Shown: positions 19,764 through 31,326, counted from the whole stretch's first letter. The stretch: 62,583 bases of DNA, filler included, from Stramenopiles sp. TOSAG23-3 (GCA_900128585.1; 12 parts of 12 records of this genome joined end to end with filler, not necessarily neighbours in it), one strand, 5' to 3'. A program made the numbers and translations. The notes: generated by a model from the letters alone, not told the origin.

Positions 19764-20690
19764 ATGGGAAGTGGTTTATCGGTCGAACTATCTAAGCCGC
19801 TAGACGCGTCCGACATTGTAACTGCTGAAGATGCAAAGTCCGAAGTAGTTCGGCTGCGAACACAACTTCGAAGTTTAATGGTTGAGTCAGTTGAAGGGGG
19901 GCTTGTACCGGACACATTTACTACTGGGGACAAACCCATAGAGTGGGAAACGGGGGGGGAGGTCACAACGTCCCTCATCCTATTGCATGGGGTTACCATG
20001 ACAGCCAGCGCATACGTTGACGGTGACTTCCCCAAGCACGGTTGGAAAGGAAGTGTCTACTACGCCTTCAAACCACTGCTCGCGGGAACACCCGGTTTGC
20101 GTGTTGTACTCCCGCAAGCTGGGAAAGTCGTTTCCAAGGAGCTGCTCTCAGTTCCCATGTTTGGAGGCGCAAAAAGCATAATCAGCTGGACGAACCAAGC
20201 GGCCTGGCCTCCAAAGACGTGGTACGACTTTTCACGAAACGATCTTGTGGGGTGCATCAAGTACCTCCACTCTCTCATTGACAAGGAGGTGGCTCGAGGA
20301 GTTGCGCCATCGCGTATCTTTATTGCAGGGCATAGCCAAGGTGGAATTGTTGGTGCCCGTGCCGCGCTGACGTACCCTTCGGCATCACTTGGTGGTCTCA
20401 TGATGCTCTCGTCGGTGAATGCATCAGAGGAAATTGCAGAGGATGTTGCGCCGACGCAGAAAGGTCTGAAAATACTAGCGATGCATTGCCGGGATGACAA
20501 GGCCTGGAATTTCGACAACACAATGAAGAGCTACGAGCTTTTAAAAGCAGCGACTGGCGGGGAAGATAATTTTACACTCGTAGAAATGCCCGACTCACCC
20601 AAAGAGACAGGTTGTCATAGCCCAATGACACCAACATCACAGCAACATATCGTTGATTTTTTAGGAGGTCAAATGCCTTCAGCAAAGTGA
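19764..20690 (+). CDS. Phospholipase/carboxylesterase (acyl-protein thioesterase-like alpha/beta hydrolase)
   Basis: LILLHG, RVVLPQA, PSRIFIAGHSQGG nucleophile elbow, HCRDD acid, GCH His. Confidence 0.88.
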   Translation: MGSGLSVELSKPLDASDIVTAEDAKSEVVRLRTQLRSLMVESVEGGLVPDTFTTGDKPIEWETGGEVTTSLILLHGVTMTASAYVDGDFPKHGWKGSVYYAFKPLLAGTPGLRVVLPQAGKVVSKELLSVPMFGGAKSIISWTNQAAWPPKTWYDFSRNDLVGCIKYLHSLIDKEVARGVAPSRIFIAGHSQGGIVGARAALTYPSASLGGLMMLSSVNASEEIAEDVAPTQKGLKILAMHCRDDKAWNFDNTMKSYELLKAATGGEDNFTLVEMPDSPKETGCHSPMTPTSQQHIVDFLGGQMPSAK

Positions 20691-21292
20691 AGAATCATCA
20701 TATAAAACTAATAGAATGGCTGTAACGAAAGTATTTTAATTTTTTAAAGTTAAAAAATACTTTGTTTGAGTATAAATAAATAATACCTTAACATCAGAAT
20801 AGCATTAATATTAAAAAAAATATATTTTTTATTTGGATTGGTTTATATAGGTATGGATGTATACTTAAACAGTACNNNNNNNNNNNNNNNNNNNNNNNNN
20901 NNNNNNNNNNNNNNNNNNNTTAATTAATTAANNNNNNNNNNNNNNNNNNNNNNNNNNNNNNNNNNNNNNNNNNNNAATTTTAACTTCCTTTATAATATAC
21001 GGTACCTGGTAGTGTGTAGCTGTTACAAAAATTCACTTTTTTTTTCTTCCTCCTTCTTCTTCTTCTTCGCCCACCACCACATCTAATTTATTCTTCTTGT
21101 CTATAAAATATTTTGACACTTACGTTTTGCTTTTACCGATTGATCTTGAAATTAAATACACTGAACCCTGCCGACAGAGAGAGAGAAGTGACAGAATCGA
21201 ATATTTGGAAAACCTTGCAAAGTGCGAACTTCAGTTGATCCGCCGAAGATTTTGTTTATTTTTCCAAGTTATTGCAGAATATATTGAACGCC

Positions 21293-24200
21293 ATGTCCGC
21301 AAACGCCTCTGCCGTGCGCGTTGCCGTGAGAGTTCGACCGCTTTTGGCTTTAGAACATGGTAACAAAGAATGCCTCTCTGTCCTAGGGAAATCGAAGCAA
21401 ATTCGGGTCGGGGACGGCAATAAGCACTCATTCACTTTTGATTACACTTTAGATCAGCAGATTACCCAGGAGCAGATCTATGCGACTTCGGTGTCCCCCA
21501 TGTTGCAAGGCGTCGCCGACGGCTACAATGTTACCCTCTTGGCGTACGGGCAGACTGGCTCGGGCAAAACCTACACGATGGGGACGGCAACAGATAGCTT
21601 GAGCGATGCCACAGGAATTAGCCAAGGAATAATGCCTCGGGCAGTGAGCGATTTGTTCGATAAGCTAGAGGAAAAAAGGCAGTCTTCTGGCGCCGAAATC
21701 AACGTTACTTGTACCTTGCTGGAGATCTACAACGAGAGTTTGCACGACCTTATGGTTTCCAACCATATGAGCGGGTTCGACAACCACAGCAAAGGCAGAA
21801 CCTCCCTGGGAATTCGAGAGCAAAAGGACGGGTCTGTTTCGGTTCCTGGGTTGCGAGAAATCCCAGTTTCGACGGTGGAAGATGTCCTCGTGTGCATTCG
21901 GGACGGTTCGATGAACCGTGCGACCTCGTCTACCAACATGAACGCTACGTCCAGCCGTTCCCACATGATTGTCACGATCAACATCGAGCACAGCTCGACG
22001 GGTGAAGAGAGTGGGGGCGTCACCACAAGCATGACTTCGCGCTTAACCTTGGTCGACTTGGCCGGAAGCGAACGGTTGAAGCGCACCGGTGCAACTGGAG
22101 CAAGGGCGAAAGAGGGAATCAGCATCAACAAAGGCCTTTTGGCACTAGGAAACGTCATCAACGCGCTCGCCGACGACCAGCGAACGGTCCGCGCAGCTCA
22201 CATTCCTTACCGGGACAGCAAGCTGACGCGGCTGCTTCAGGACGCTTTGGGAGGAAACAGTCGCACGCTGTTTATCGCGTGCGTATCTCCATCCGAGTCT
22301 AACTTTGAGGAAACGCTGAACACACTCCGCTACGCAAACCGGGCCCGAAACATACGCAACAAGGCCGTTCTGAACTGCAGCCCGGAGCAGAAACTTATGA
22401 TGCTGATGAATGCTCAGATGAATGCACTTGAATCTGAGCTTGTTCGTTACAAATTTAAAAATGGAGAGAGTGGGTCGATGGACGAGACTCTGGCGCAAGA
22501 GGACGTAAAAAAGTACCTTGCTACAATCAAAGAAAATGCAGTACCTGAAGGCTTTGGGAACGCTGCGTCCCTGCCTAATTTGCCGCGGTTCTCAGTAGCA
22601 CGGAAAGGTTTCCCAGCGACGGTCGCGAGCCTTCCCCCGGCGCCCCAGTCCGCTGCGGTTCCGATGCTTCCTGTCCCGAACTTACCAAACCCGACAAAGC
22701 GCATGGCAATTAATTTTAATGCGGCAGAGACCAATGATGAAATGGCATTTTTGGACGAAGAAATAGAACTTGCAAAAGCAGTCATGCTGCACGATGAGGT
22801 CACGGAGAAGGTGGGCCTTGAAATCGAGCAGATGGACAGCAAGCTGAAATCCAAAGAAGCGATGCTCCTAAAAATCAAGGAGACTATTTCAGATTACCAA
22901 GAGCTTCAACAAAGGTACGTGTGGTTGCAGAACGAGGTAAACCAGGCGGAGGGGGAGAAACAGCATTTGCTACTTCAGCTTCAAGCAGCGGAGAAGGAGC
23001 GGGACGATGCAAACAGCAAAGACACTAGCACTGCGGCGAGCGCAAAAGTTTCCACCATGAAGAAACGATTGGACACCATGAATTCTAGGATACACGCTTT
23101 GAAAGACCAGCAGCGCGCCAACAAAGACGCTCTGTCACGTGCCAAGTCGGAAAAGGCCCGGGCGGATCGATTGGAAAAAAGCATAGCCGAACTTAAAATA
23201 GCAAAGACAAAGGCAATTAAGCAGCAAAGTGCGCGCGAAAAAGTCCATCGGGATTGGCAACGGAAGAAGAACGCGGAAATAAATGCGTTGAAAAACAAAA
23301 TCCAGAGGGAACAGAGAAATGCCAACAAGTCACAGCGGACTCAACAGCAGCAGAAAGTCCAACTGCAGAGAAGGAACAAAGTTGTCTACCGCCTGCAAGG
23401 CGAGTTGAAAAAAACGAAAAAGAGGCTGCTGAACATGGTGAAACAAAACACAAAGCAAAGACGGTTCCGTGCGAGACGGAGACACATTCGGCATACTGGT
23501 GGGGAAGGCCTCTCTGCGAACCAGCGCCCACGGGACCCGCAGCAGGCCCCAAGGCCTACGGTAGACGCGGACCTGGAGGCCCGTGAGCACTTAATAGCAA
23601 TGCACGTGGAAGCGCATGTGCGCAAGGTTGAGTTAGAAGAGTCTTTGCAGCACGAACTGCAGCGGCGTGGTGAGCTGCTCCAAGAGCTTGCTATCCTAAT
23701 AAAAGATGAGAAGAGTGTCGAGAATGAAAATGAAGAAGACGATGCCGAGGAAACAGTTTCACTCGAGCGTGCGGCGCTGCAGTCTCACATTGATACCCTT
23801 CAAAATCGCATCGACGAAATTGAAGCCGAGCTCATCGTCGTAAGTGCAAAGTGCGACATAAATGATGGCAGCTCTTCCGATCCAAGCGGGATCAACAACG
23901 CAACGACTGCCTTCGATGGCATCACCGTGCGCCAGGCCCAGCATATGCTGAAGAAGGTAATTGGCGAGAACATTGAAGTCAAGCAGAACGAAAGAGTTCG
24001 ACTGGCATCCTTGGACAAATCCAAGGCAATTCTGCAAGAAGAGACAGAGAAGAGAAGAGCTGCGGAGAGCGCTAGGGATAGGTGCATTGTGGAAATGCGC
24101 CAGCGCACCGCGGCATATGAGAGAAAATTCAAAGAACTGAAACAACAAATGATGAGAAACGGTAGTTCCCGTACTAGCGTCCCAATTATCCCAACCATGG

Positions 24201-24631
24201 AAGAAATAAATAAAGCAAAAGGAAAGCGTACTCGTGGAGAGTACAGTGAAGACGATGGCCTCGAGGTGGCTAAAAGAGAAGAAAAGCGCATGAAATGTAG
24301 AGAACATGGAGAAGGCGTAAACCAGGCATCCATGGACTCGCTGACATTTGAAACGGGCACCCTTGACCAAGAAAACACGATGGCCAAGCTTAACCAGAAT
24401 AGCTTAAAGTGCCACCCCAAGGCAACCACTAAAGAGAGGGAACGATTTTTGAAAGCAAATATAAAATTGCAAGAGGAGAAGGTCGCAAAGCTGAAACGCA
24501 AAGGCATGACACGGCACATGTTGACTACGTCAAGAAGGCAGCGAAGGCACACGGATTCGCCAGAGCAACACAGCGATGCACGAGACAGGTCATCCTCTGT
24601 GCCAAACGCTTTGCCAGACATGGTGTTTTAA
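21293..24631 (+). CDS. Kinesin-4 family motor (KIF4/KIF21/KIF27-like)
   Basis: VRVAVRVRPL, AYGQTGSGKTYTMG, NATSSRSH, LVDLAGSERLKRT, HIPYRDSKLTRLLQDALGGN; long coiled coil. Confidence 0.95.
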   Translation: MSANASAVRVAVRVRPLLALEHGNKECLSVLGKSKQIRVGDGNKHSFTFDYTLDQQITQEQIYATSVSPMLQGVADGYNVTLLAYGQTGSGKTYTMGTATDSLSDATGISQGIMPRAVSDLFDKLEEKRQSSGAEINVTCTLLEIYNESLHDLMVSNHMSGFDNHSKGRTSLGIREQKDGSVSVPGLREIPVSTVEDVLVCIRDGSMNRATSSTNMNATSSRSHMIVTINIEHSSTGEESGGVTTSMTSRLTLVDLAGSERLKRTGATGARAKEGISINKGLLALGNVINALADDQRTVRAAHIPYRDSKLTRLLQDALGGNSRTLFIACVSPSESNFEETLNTLRYANRARNIRNKAVLNCSPEQKLMMLMNAQMNALESELVRYKFKNGESGSMDETLAQEDVKKYLATIKENAVPEGFGNAASLPNLPRFSVARKGFPATVASLPPAPQSAAVPMLPVPNLPNPTKRMAINFNAAETNDEMAFLDEEIELAKAVMLHDEVTEKVGLEIEQMDSKLKSKEAMLLKIKETISDYQELQQRYVWLQNEVNQAEGEKQHLLLQLQAAEKERDDANSKDTSTAASAKVSTMKKRLDTMNSRIHALKDQQRANKDALSRAKSEKARADRLEKSIAELKIAKTKAIKQQSAREKVHRDWQRKKNAEINALKNKIQREQRNANKSQRTQQQQKVQLQRRNKVVYRLQGELKKTKKRLLNMVKQNTKQRRFRARRRHIRHTGGEGLSANQRPRDPQQAPRPTVDADLEAREHLIAMHVEAHVRKVELEESLQHELQRRGELLQELAILIKDEKSVENENEEDDAEETVSLERAALQSHIDTLQNRIDEIEAELIVVSAKCDINDGSSSDPSGINNATTAFDGITVRQAQHMLKKVIGENIEVKQNERVRLASLDKSKAILQEETEKRRAAESARDRCIVEMRQRTAAYERKFKELKQQMMRNGSSRTSVPIIPTMEEINKAKGKRTRGEYSEDDGLEVAKREEKRMKCREHGEGVNQASMDSLTFETGTLDQENTMAKLNQNSLKCHPKATTKERERFLKANIKLQEEKVAKLKRKGMTRHMLTTSRRQRRHTDSPEQHSDARDRSSSVPNALPDMVF

Positions 24632-25270
24632 AAGTTACCCGTAATAAAAAAAGATAGTCAAAGCTAAGTTTGCGATACATGAGGAAGATAAATCTTACTA
24701 TAAGTACGAAAGTAATTAAAAACAAGAAAAATTGGTACATAACAGCCAATTTTTTGTTTTCACTTACGAATATTACACCCCCGTATCGTACCTGTACATA
24801 TATGAGCACAACTATAACATCATTTGTTGGTCGTTTGACCATGTATCATATGAATTTTAGCAGTCGCAAAATTAGATCAGTTCTACAATTGGGATAACCT
24901 TGAGAGTCTTAAAACATACTGATATATCATTAGTTTTTTTTTCATAATCTCATATGATAAATGATAATTTTGTTTCAATTATTGATTTACTAAAATTACA
25001 ACAGTTCGCAGTACATTAATTTTAATTTACTTATAAAATAACAGCCAATTTTCTTGTTTTTAAATAATAACAACAGCCCATTATTTTCTTGTTTTTAATT
25101 TTGTTTCAAGAGTATCATATCTTACCTTCGTAATCATCAGTACCTACGAACTATCATCATATCATATCTTAAAGCATACTATATATTTTGGTTTTTTTCT
25201 TAAAGCATACCTATATAATTTTTTTTCATATCGTATATTTAACCTGTTATGCCCACGGCGCCTCTGACTA

Positions 25271-26101
25271 TTATAACTTCGCGCCAAAGTGTTTATCTGG
25301 TAGGGGCGATGATGGCGCGTCCGTGTATCGTAACTTTAGGATGCGCAACATCTTTTCGGTGAGCCCACGGGCCACCAAGGCGAACCTGGCACCAGCGAAC
25401 AGCAGCCTATGAAGCGGCAATTCAATAATGTCTATTGTAAACAACGCGACGATGTCGGATGGAACTTTGCTCTTTACGTACGGTGTCCCAAGTACCACTG
25501 TCATGAACAGCTCCATTCCTGCCTTTGCCCTGTCGTTTCGGTCGATTGCTAAGCGAGGAATCCTTTTCCAGAATGGATCTAAACGGTTTAAGTAGAATAA
25601 ATGCGTCGCCCAGTTGGCACTCGGCCCAGAAAAGCCACAAATTTGTTGGGGGTTCAAAACAAGCCCCTCGTGACTAACGACTGGTCGGTGGTCGGATAGG
25701 TTGGAAAACCCGACGTGCGCCGTGCAGTTGACAACAAAAGCCCCTGGCTCCAGGTCTTTGTAAAACACTCTTTTTCCATCCACTGAAGAGAGTTTCAGCT
25801 GCAATCCTCCTGTGCTATCGTTTTCTTTATCTACAATGTCAATCAAGTACGCTCGAATAATTTTGTCTTTCGGAGGGGAAAGCGCCTGCTTCACCGTTGC
25901 GATTTCCTCGGAGCTGGAGACGCCGACCATGAAGTTCTCGGCTCCGGGCACGGCAGTGTGCAAAAACCCGCTCTTGGCCATTTCATTGTATACCTCCTTT
26001 GCATTTGTCCCGTCGTACATGGTAAACATCTTTTGTATGTAGTCCAAAGGAGTGTTGTAGCCGTAGATGTTGCGTTTCCAGAAATTCTTATCGTTAGTAG
26101 G
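25271..26101 (-). CDS. Hypothetical protein C-terminal part, possibly a flavin/NAD-dependent oxidoreductase (5'-partial)
   Basis: Frame is open to the contig end; VVNCT motif is a weak oxidoreductase hint. Confidence 0.5.
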   Translation of the reverse strand, partial: PTNDKNFWKRNIYGYNTPLDYIQKMFTMYDGTNAKEVYNEMAKSGFLHTAVPGAENFMVGVSSSEEIATVKQALSPPKDKIIRAYLIDIVDKENDSTGGLQLKLSSVDGKRVFYKDLEPGAFVVNCTAHVGFSNLSDHRPVVSHEGLVLNPQQICGFSGPSANWATHLFYLNRLDPFWKRIPRLAIDRNDRAKAGMELFMTVVLGTPYVKSKVPSDIVALFTIDIIELPLHRLLFAGARFALVARGLTEKMLRILKLRYTDAPSSPLPDKHFGAKL

Positions 26102-26681
26102 ANNNNNNNNNNNNNNNNNNNNNNNNNNNNNNNNNNNNNNNNNNNNTTAATTAATTAANNNNNNNNNNNNNNNNNNNNNNNNNNNNNNNNNNNNNNNNNN
26201 NNTTTTTTTCCCCCCCCCCCCCCCTCCTTGTTGTGTAATAGTATTAATATTTCGAGGAGGATTTTACAGGTAACAACAAGAATTCTTCTCTTCTTCGTTC
26301 GATAAAAAAAAAGATTTTTTTTTTTATTATTATTTTTTTAAATTATATTAGAAGAGACGACGACTATTATTCCCCACCATTTTTTGTGTTCTCCATCATC
26401 ATCATCACATGATCATATCATCATCACCACCCACCAAAAATACTCGCGCGCGTATTATTTGGGGGGGTGCGTGGCGGCACATGGCTTTTTGCTTGAGTGA
26501 GTCGTTTTCTTCATTCTTTTTCAACACACCACTGTGTGATGTCATTTTCTCAGAACGCTTAATTCGCAGTATTTATTTTCTTCTTCTTTACTTCTAAGAA
26601 AGCAGTGATATAAATTGTATAGAAAATCGAAGAGAGTCGAAGAAACGAAGAAAAAAATCCAAGTCGGCGCGAAAAGTAACC

Positions 26682-27434
26682 ATGCTCCGGCAACTTGTGA
26701 ACAGAAGCTTTATTGCCGTGGGGGGGCAGGCTCGGCAGCGTGCCCTGTCTACAAGGGTTTTCACCAAGTTCAATGTATACAAAGGGGGTGCGGCCCTGTC
26801 CATGCTGCCCATAAGTCCAACTTTAAACAGGCTAGCTAGTGGCGATTATGCTGTAGAGAGAAACGGTGTTATGCTTTTAGAGTTTGCAAACTCTACCGGT
26901 GAGCGGTCTTACAATTGGGCACAAAAAAAGACTTTTGCCCTGAGTGCAACAGAAATGGGCGAACTGATTGCACAACCAGGGCTAGGGCAACAGGTCCAGT
27001 TTTACCACGAACCGCTCGGTGGGCAGCAAGGGGGTGGTGGAAAAACCTTTCGCTCTGATCCTACAAAAGATGGAGCAGGCTTCTTTTTCTCTCTTACGGA
27101 CAAAAACGACAAGGTTTTGGTCCCCGTTACGATGGGAGAGTTTGTGGTGATTAAGCAGCTGATGCAGCATGCCATTCCGTACTTAGTCGCATTCGATATG
27201 GCACTGCAAGCAGGCAGTGATGGTGGATCCAATTCATCCCACCTAGATGGATTTGTTTCGTCCTCAGAAAGTTCTTCTCCTGTCATGAACCCTTTCGAAA
27301 GCAATTCAAATTCTATGGGTGGCGATGGCGGCAGAGATGATAAGCAAGATTTTAAAACGGAGACTGTAACGACGGCAAGCACGGGGAACAGTTCAAAAAC
27401 AACAGTAGGGCAGCAGTGGCTGGACCAGTTGTAA
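26682..27434 (+). CDS. WHY: Whirly-family ssDNA-binding protein, probably mitochondrial
   Basis: FNVYKGGAAL (plant KGKAAL motif), GVMLLEFA, RSYNWAQKKTFALSATEMG, FYHEP, VPVTMGEFVV..L...IPYL; Arg-rich N-terminal leader without acidic residues. Confidence 0.9.
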   Translation: MLRQLVNRSFIAVGGQARQRALSTRVFTKFNVYKGGAALSMLPISPTLNRLASGDYAVERNGVMLLEFANSTGERSYNWAQKKTFALSATEMGELIAQPGLGQQVQFYHEPLGGQQGGGGKTFRSDPTKDGAGFFFSLTDKNDKVLVPVTMGEFVVIKQLMQHAIPYLVAFDMALQAGSDGGSNSSHLDGFVSSSESSSPVMNPFESNSNSMGGDGGRDDKQDFKTETVTTASTGNSSKTTVGQQWLDQL

Positions 27435-28097
27435 AATAAACGGACACATGAAGAAGCAAATATAACATATAATGGCTTACTATGTTCACAAATTTGAGCC
27501 CCCCTTTTTTTATTTTGTTGACATAAATGAGCAGAAACAAATTGCAGTAAGTGAAGGAAGTACAACACAACACAATAAATTGCATTGGATGAATGATGAA
27601 TGAACTTTCAGTGTAGTGTTCACATACGTCATATACTGCGAACTTATCTCTGCTCCTGAGATTTTACTCTAATTAACATATATACCCTTGGTGTCACTTA
27701 GTCGTTGACTATCATTCTCATGTGTACTCCATGCATGATCCGAATCGGTGTGTCGATTTGCGTCGATGTCAAAAGACCCGTATGTTAGTCAACTTCCTCA
27801 TCGTAAAGGCTCTTAATTTTGTTTTTTATTTTAAAGCTAAAGACTAAAAGCAAGAAAATTGGCCGTTATTTAAGTAATTAAATTTAGCTTCCTCATACCC
27901 TTAAGCTAAAGACTATTAAAATTAAGAATCTGAAATATTGGGTCTTGTTCAAGATTATCCCAATTGTAGAACTGATCTAATTTTGCAACTGCTAAAATTC
28001 ATATCACTTAAAGTCGGTCGTAAAACATACTATATAATTTGTTTTTTACTCTTTTCGTTTCAATCTTCAATTAAATTTTTGAATTATGCTTCTCTTT

Positions 28098-30158
28098 TCA
28101 AAGCAACACTTCTTCCTCAATCTCGCCAGCCTCTAGGTCGACATCTAGCGGATAGCTGAATGACCCACCCTGGGAAAGTGCCCGAAAAGAATACACTAAC
28201 GACGCAATTGTTGCTGGATCTTTCATGAACGCATTCGTTTCCGAGGTCAATTGATACTGGGAATTGAACTTTTGTATCATTTCCGCAAAGGCATTGTTGA
28301 CATTGTCCAAGACTTCCGAAACATACGCCGCTTGGATCATGTGGATCTGTCTTACCCAATTGAGAACTTCTGCCTGGTTGCTGGAACCAAAATACATACA
28401 GTTTCGGTGAACATCTACCAACTTGAAAACAAAAAAGTTCTTTGACGTCAGGCTCTTGCAGGGCTTGCATATGTAGTCCTTTAACGAAATTTTTCCATTA
28501 AAACCTTCCGATGAAACATCGTATTTCCATGAAAATATGTGACCTTTGATAATAATGTGACGTTGGTTCCACCGTACCCTACCTTTTCCTCTCTTTTGTA
28601 ATTGACCAATCACCCGATTGACGGCTAGGGCGCTCGGCGAGCGACGTTCCCCAAAAACCCCCAACGAATTCAAGTACTTTGGCAGCATTGGATGAATCAT
28701 CAGCATGTCTTTGTCGGCATCTTTGCCGCTGTCTTCAGGTTTAAAATCCAAAAAATGGTAAAACAAATAAGCATTTTTTAAACCGTGGTCATTGGTCACA
28801 TGCTGAATCAAACGCTTGGAAATCAGAGAATCTCCCAACGCTTCCGCCTGGTCTATCGTGCGGGCAAGTCCCAGGGCGATCAAGAAAGCAACACAGTCGC
28901 TCCCTAAGAAACAAGAATTGTATGTTGTGAAGTGATAAGTGCGGTCTTTAATTTCTAACACACGATACAATTGTTTCGCAACGGCATAAATTGAACTGCT
29001 GTCTTTCTCAACAAGATTCAAGCTGTTGTAACTGTTGCCGACACTGCTGCTACTATCACTTCGTCCTTCTTCTTCCGACTCTGCGACTGTTTTTCCACCC
29101 GGTGGTGGAATTGTTCCGCTTTCTTTCTCGCCCTTGTCAATCCCATCTGTACAGTCAATTTTAACGATTGCGTCAGCCTTCTTGCTGCTGGAATCACCCC
29201 CTTCTTTCCCCCGGCCACTACCATCTGCGTGGTCCCCTGTTACTAACTTGAAGTTCTCGATGCAGCGAGAATCGTTGATTAATTTAAACCTCTTAAAAGC
29301 ACCCCAAGACTGCAGATCCTGGTAATCTGACGTTACTGACTGCTCCCATTGGGCGGTGTACCCATCACTCTTTGGTAGTTTGATCGCTGATTTACTCTGC
29401 TTTTTGGCATCTCGCCTGCTAATCAAATAAGCCAAATAAGGATGCTTTGGTGGAAGCAAAGGCACCAAATTCGTCTCGAATCTTGTACCACAGAATATAA
29501 TTTTCTGCGCAGTAACAGGGTCAAGAAACGTCTTGACTATTTTCCAAAGAGTTGAAACTAAAAAACCATTGTTGCACATTAATATTTTTCCAATGCGCTC
29601 CGGGAAACATGTTCCCAGCATTTTTGAAATTTTCTTAACAAACGTGATGTCCCAGTTCGCAGATGAAACTCCCGACGCATCATAAATCATCGTTGCGCGC
29701 TCGTGGCCCGGTGACATTCGATCCGCACATAACTGCATGGTGTAAATACACCGGGCGGCAGCTTTCTCCGAGTCCTCTTCAGTTTTCGGTAAATGCGAAC
29801 ACGGTCGGCATACAATAACAATGTTCCCCTTCGCATCACGGCCGCACACAAACATCGGTCCGTCTTCGCTATACTCCTGTTCCAAAGACTCTGCAATGTT
29901 TTCAAAATTAAATTCCTTCGTCAGCTGTACATATTCTTGATATCGTTCGGTCGCGTCAGAAACGTTGAAGTCATCTGCCCGGAGGTATCGTAAGCAGAAT
30001 CTCACCGGGTGCTCCCGCATCACATTAGGAGACACATAAAAATCTTTCTCTGATATACGTTTATGAAAAATTTGCAATGCTTCAACCTCCGTTGGACTCA
30101 ACGAGGACAGCAGCTGTGTTAAACTTTGCCGAGAAGAGGGAGAGGCCTCTGAAGACAT
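28098..30158 (-). CDS. CRAL-TRIO (Sec14) + DEP + PH domain protein
   Basis: CLRYLRADDFNV...FPERIGKI...FLDPVTAQKI (Sec14); IKDRTYHFTTYNSCFLGSDCV...HVTNDH...FYHF (DEP); GQLQKRG...WNQRH...NWVRQI (PH). Confidence 0.88.
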   Translation of the reverse strand: MSSEASPSSRQSLTQLLSSLSPTEVEALQIFHKRISEKDFYVSPNVMREHPVRFCLRYLRADDFNVSDATERYQEYVQLTKEFNFENIAESLEQEYSEDGPMFVCGRDAKGNIVIVCRPCSHLPKTEEDSEKAAARCIYTMQLCADRMSPGHERATMIYDASGVSSANWDITFVKKISKMLGTCFPERIGKILMCNNGFLVSTLWKIVKTFLDPVTAQKIIFCGTRFETNLVPLLPPKHPYLAYLISRRDAKKQSKSAIKLPKSDGYTAQWEQSVTSDYQDLQSWGAFKRFKLINDSRCIENFKLVTGDHADGSGRGKEGGDSSSKKADAIVKIDCTDGIDKGEKESGTIPPPGGKTVAESEEEGRSDSSSSVGNSYNSLNLVEKDSSSIYAVAKQLYRVLEIKDRTYHFTTYNSCFLGSDCVAFLIALGLARTIDQAEALGDSLISKRLIQHVTNDHGLKNAYLFYHFLDFKPEDSGKDADKDMLMIHPMLPKYLNSLGVFGERRSPSALAVNRVIGQLQKRGKGRVRWNQRHIIIKGHIFSWKYDVSSEGFNGKISLKDYICKPCKSLTSKNFFVFKLVDVHRNCMYFGSSNQAEVLNWVRQIHMIQAAYVSEVLDNVNNAFAEMIQKFNSQYQLTSETNAFMKDPATIASLVYSFRALSQGGSFSYPLDVDLEAGEIEEEVLL

Positions 30159-30912
30159 AATTGTGTGCCCGTCCTTGCACAAGTTTGCCTTCGTTGACTT
30201 TGAAGGTGCAGTTCCTCAAACGCAATAACGCAAAAAGAACTGTGTCGTAGTCGTGAAATCCACGTATACAAAAATGTAAATCTTGTTTTACAGCAACACC
30301 ACAATGCTTTAGTAAAATGGTACCCTCAATATCAATTATTGTTCCAACAAAAGAAAAATTATATACCATCATCACCGTGTCGGTCGTTCACACACCAGAG
30401 AAGCCTGGTTGTATTTTTTTGATGAGATATTATTATATCTTCTTTTTTTTTAATACCAAAAAAAGTTGGTATTTATTTATTAGTCTATTATTATTAGAAG
30501 ACGACTATTATGATGATTGAGATGTGAGAGGAGAGATGATTGAAGAGACGACTTTTACCTGGTACCAAGGTAGTACCACCGGTTTTATTATTCGTACCTG
30601 GTACAGTGGGTATTACCGGTACCCGTACCTACCCATAATAATACCAGGTAATACCAGGTATTATCGGTACGTACAATGGAGATAATAAGAGAATATAGAT
30701 AAAATAAAATATGTTGAAGAGAAGAAAAAGCACACTTTTATTATAGATACTACTAACTATATAGTCGTTCTAATAACGCACCGCAGCCACAACACCACAG
30801 CATAAGCAAAAAGATTCGTACACACATCATGATGATATTTTTACAACATATCCCATTTTACAAGAACAAAAAACCATTTTTACTATACGCTGTGCGGATA
30901 TTTGATTTTTAT

Positions 30913-31326
30913 TTACTCGTTGGTTCGACTATCTACCAGATCTTTCAAAACACGCTGTTCGTCTATGTTCAGAGTAGATGCGCATTGAGAAAACGTGACA
31001 GAATCGTTCCGGGCAAAGGCTTGGAAAAAAAGGGTGAGTTCAGCCTGCAAATCAGAGTTGTACAACGCATCATCTTTGTAACACATCTCATTGGTCTCGT
31101 CGTCGTCGTCGGAATCGTCGCAGAAAACAGATTTTCCGTTGTCCCCTATCATGTCTGACAGCAGCATTTCGCCATACTCTTCCTCGTCTTCGAATTCATC
31201 CTCCCCATCACTTCCCTCTTCCCACATATCCTCTTCTTCTTCAGTATTGTTGTCTATGGACCGTGCCAAAATTTGAAATGCCCGCAAAGGCCATGGAACT
31301 TGCTTGTAGGTAAATTCGTCGCCCCC
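30913..31326 (-). CDS. IPO9: Importin-9-like C-terminus (5'-partial)
   Basis: FTYKQVPWPLRAFQIL, acidic loop, then DDALYNSDLQAELTLFF as in importin-9/Kap114 C-termini. Confidence 0.7.
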   Translation of the reverse strand, partial: GGDEFTYKQVPWPLRAFQILARSIDNNTEEEEDMWEEGSDGEDEFEDEEEYGEMLLSDMIGDNGKSVFCDDSDDDDETNEMCYKDDALYNSDLQAELTLFFQAFARNDSVTFSQCASTLNIDEQRVLKDLVDSRTNE

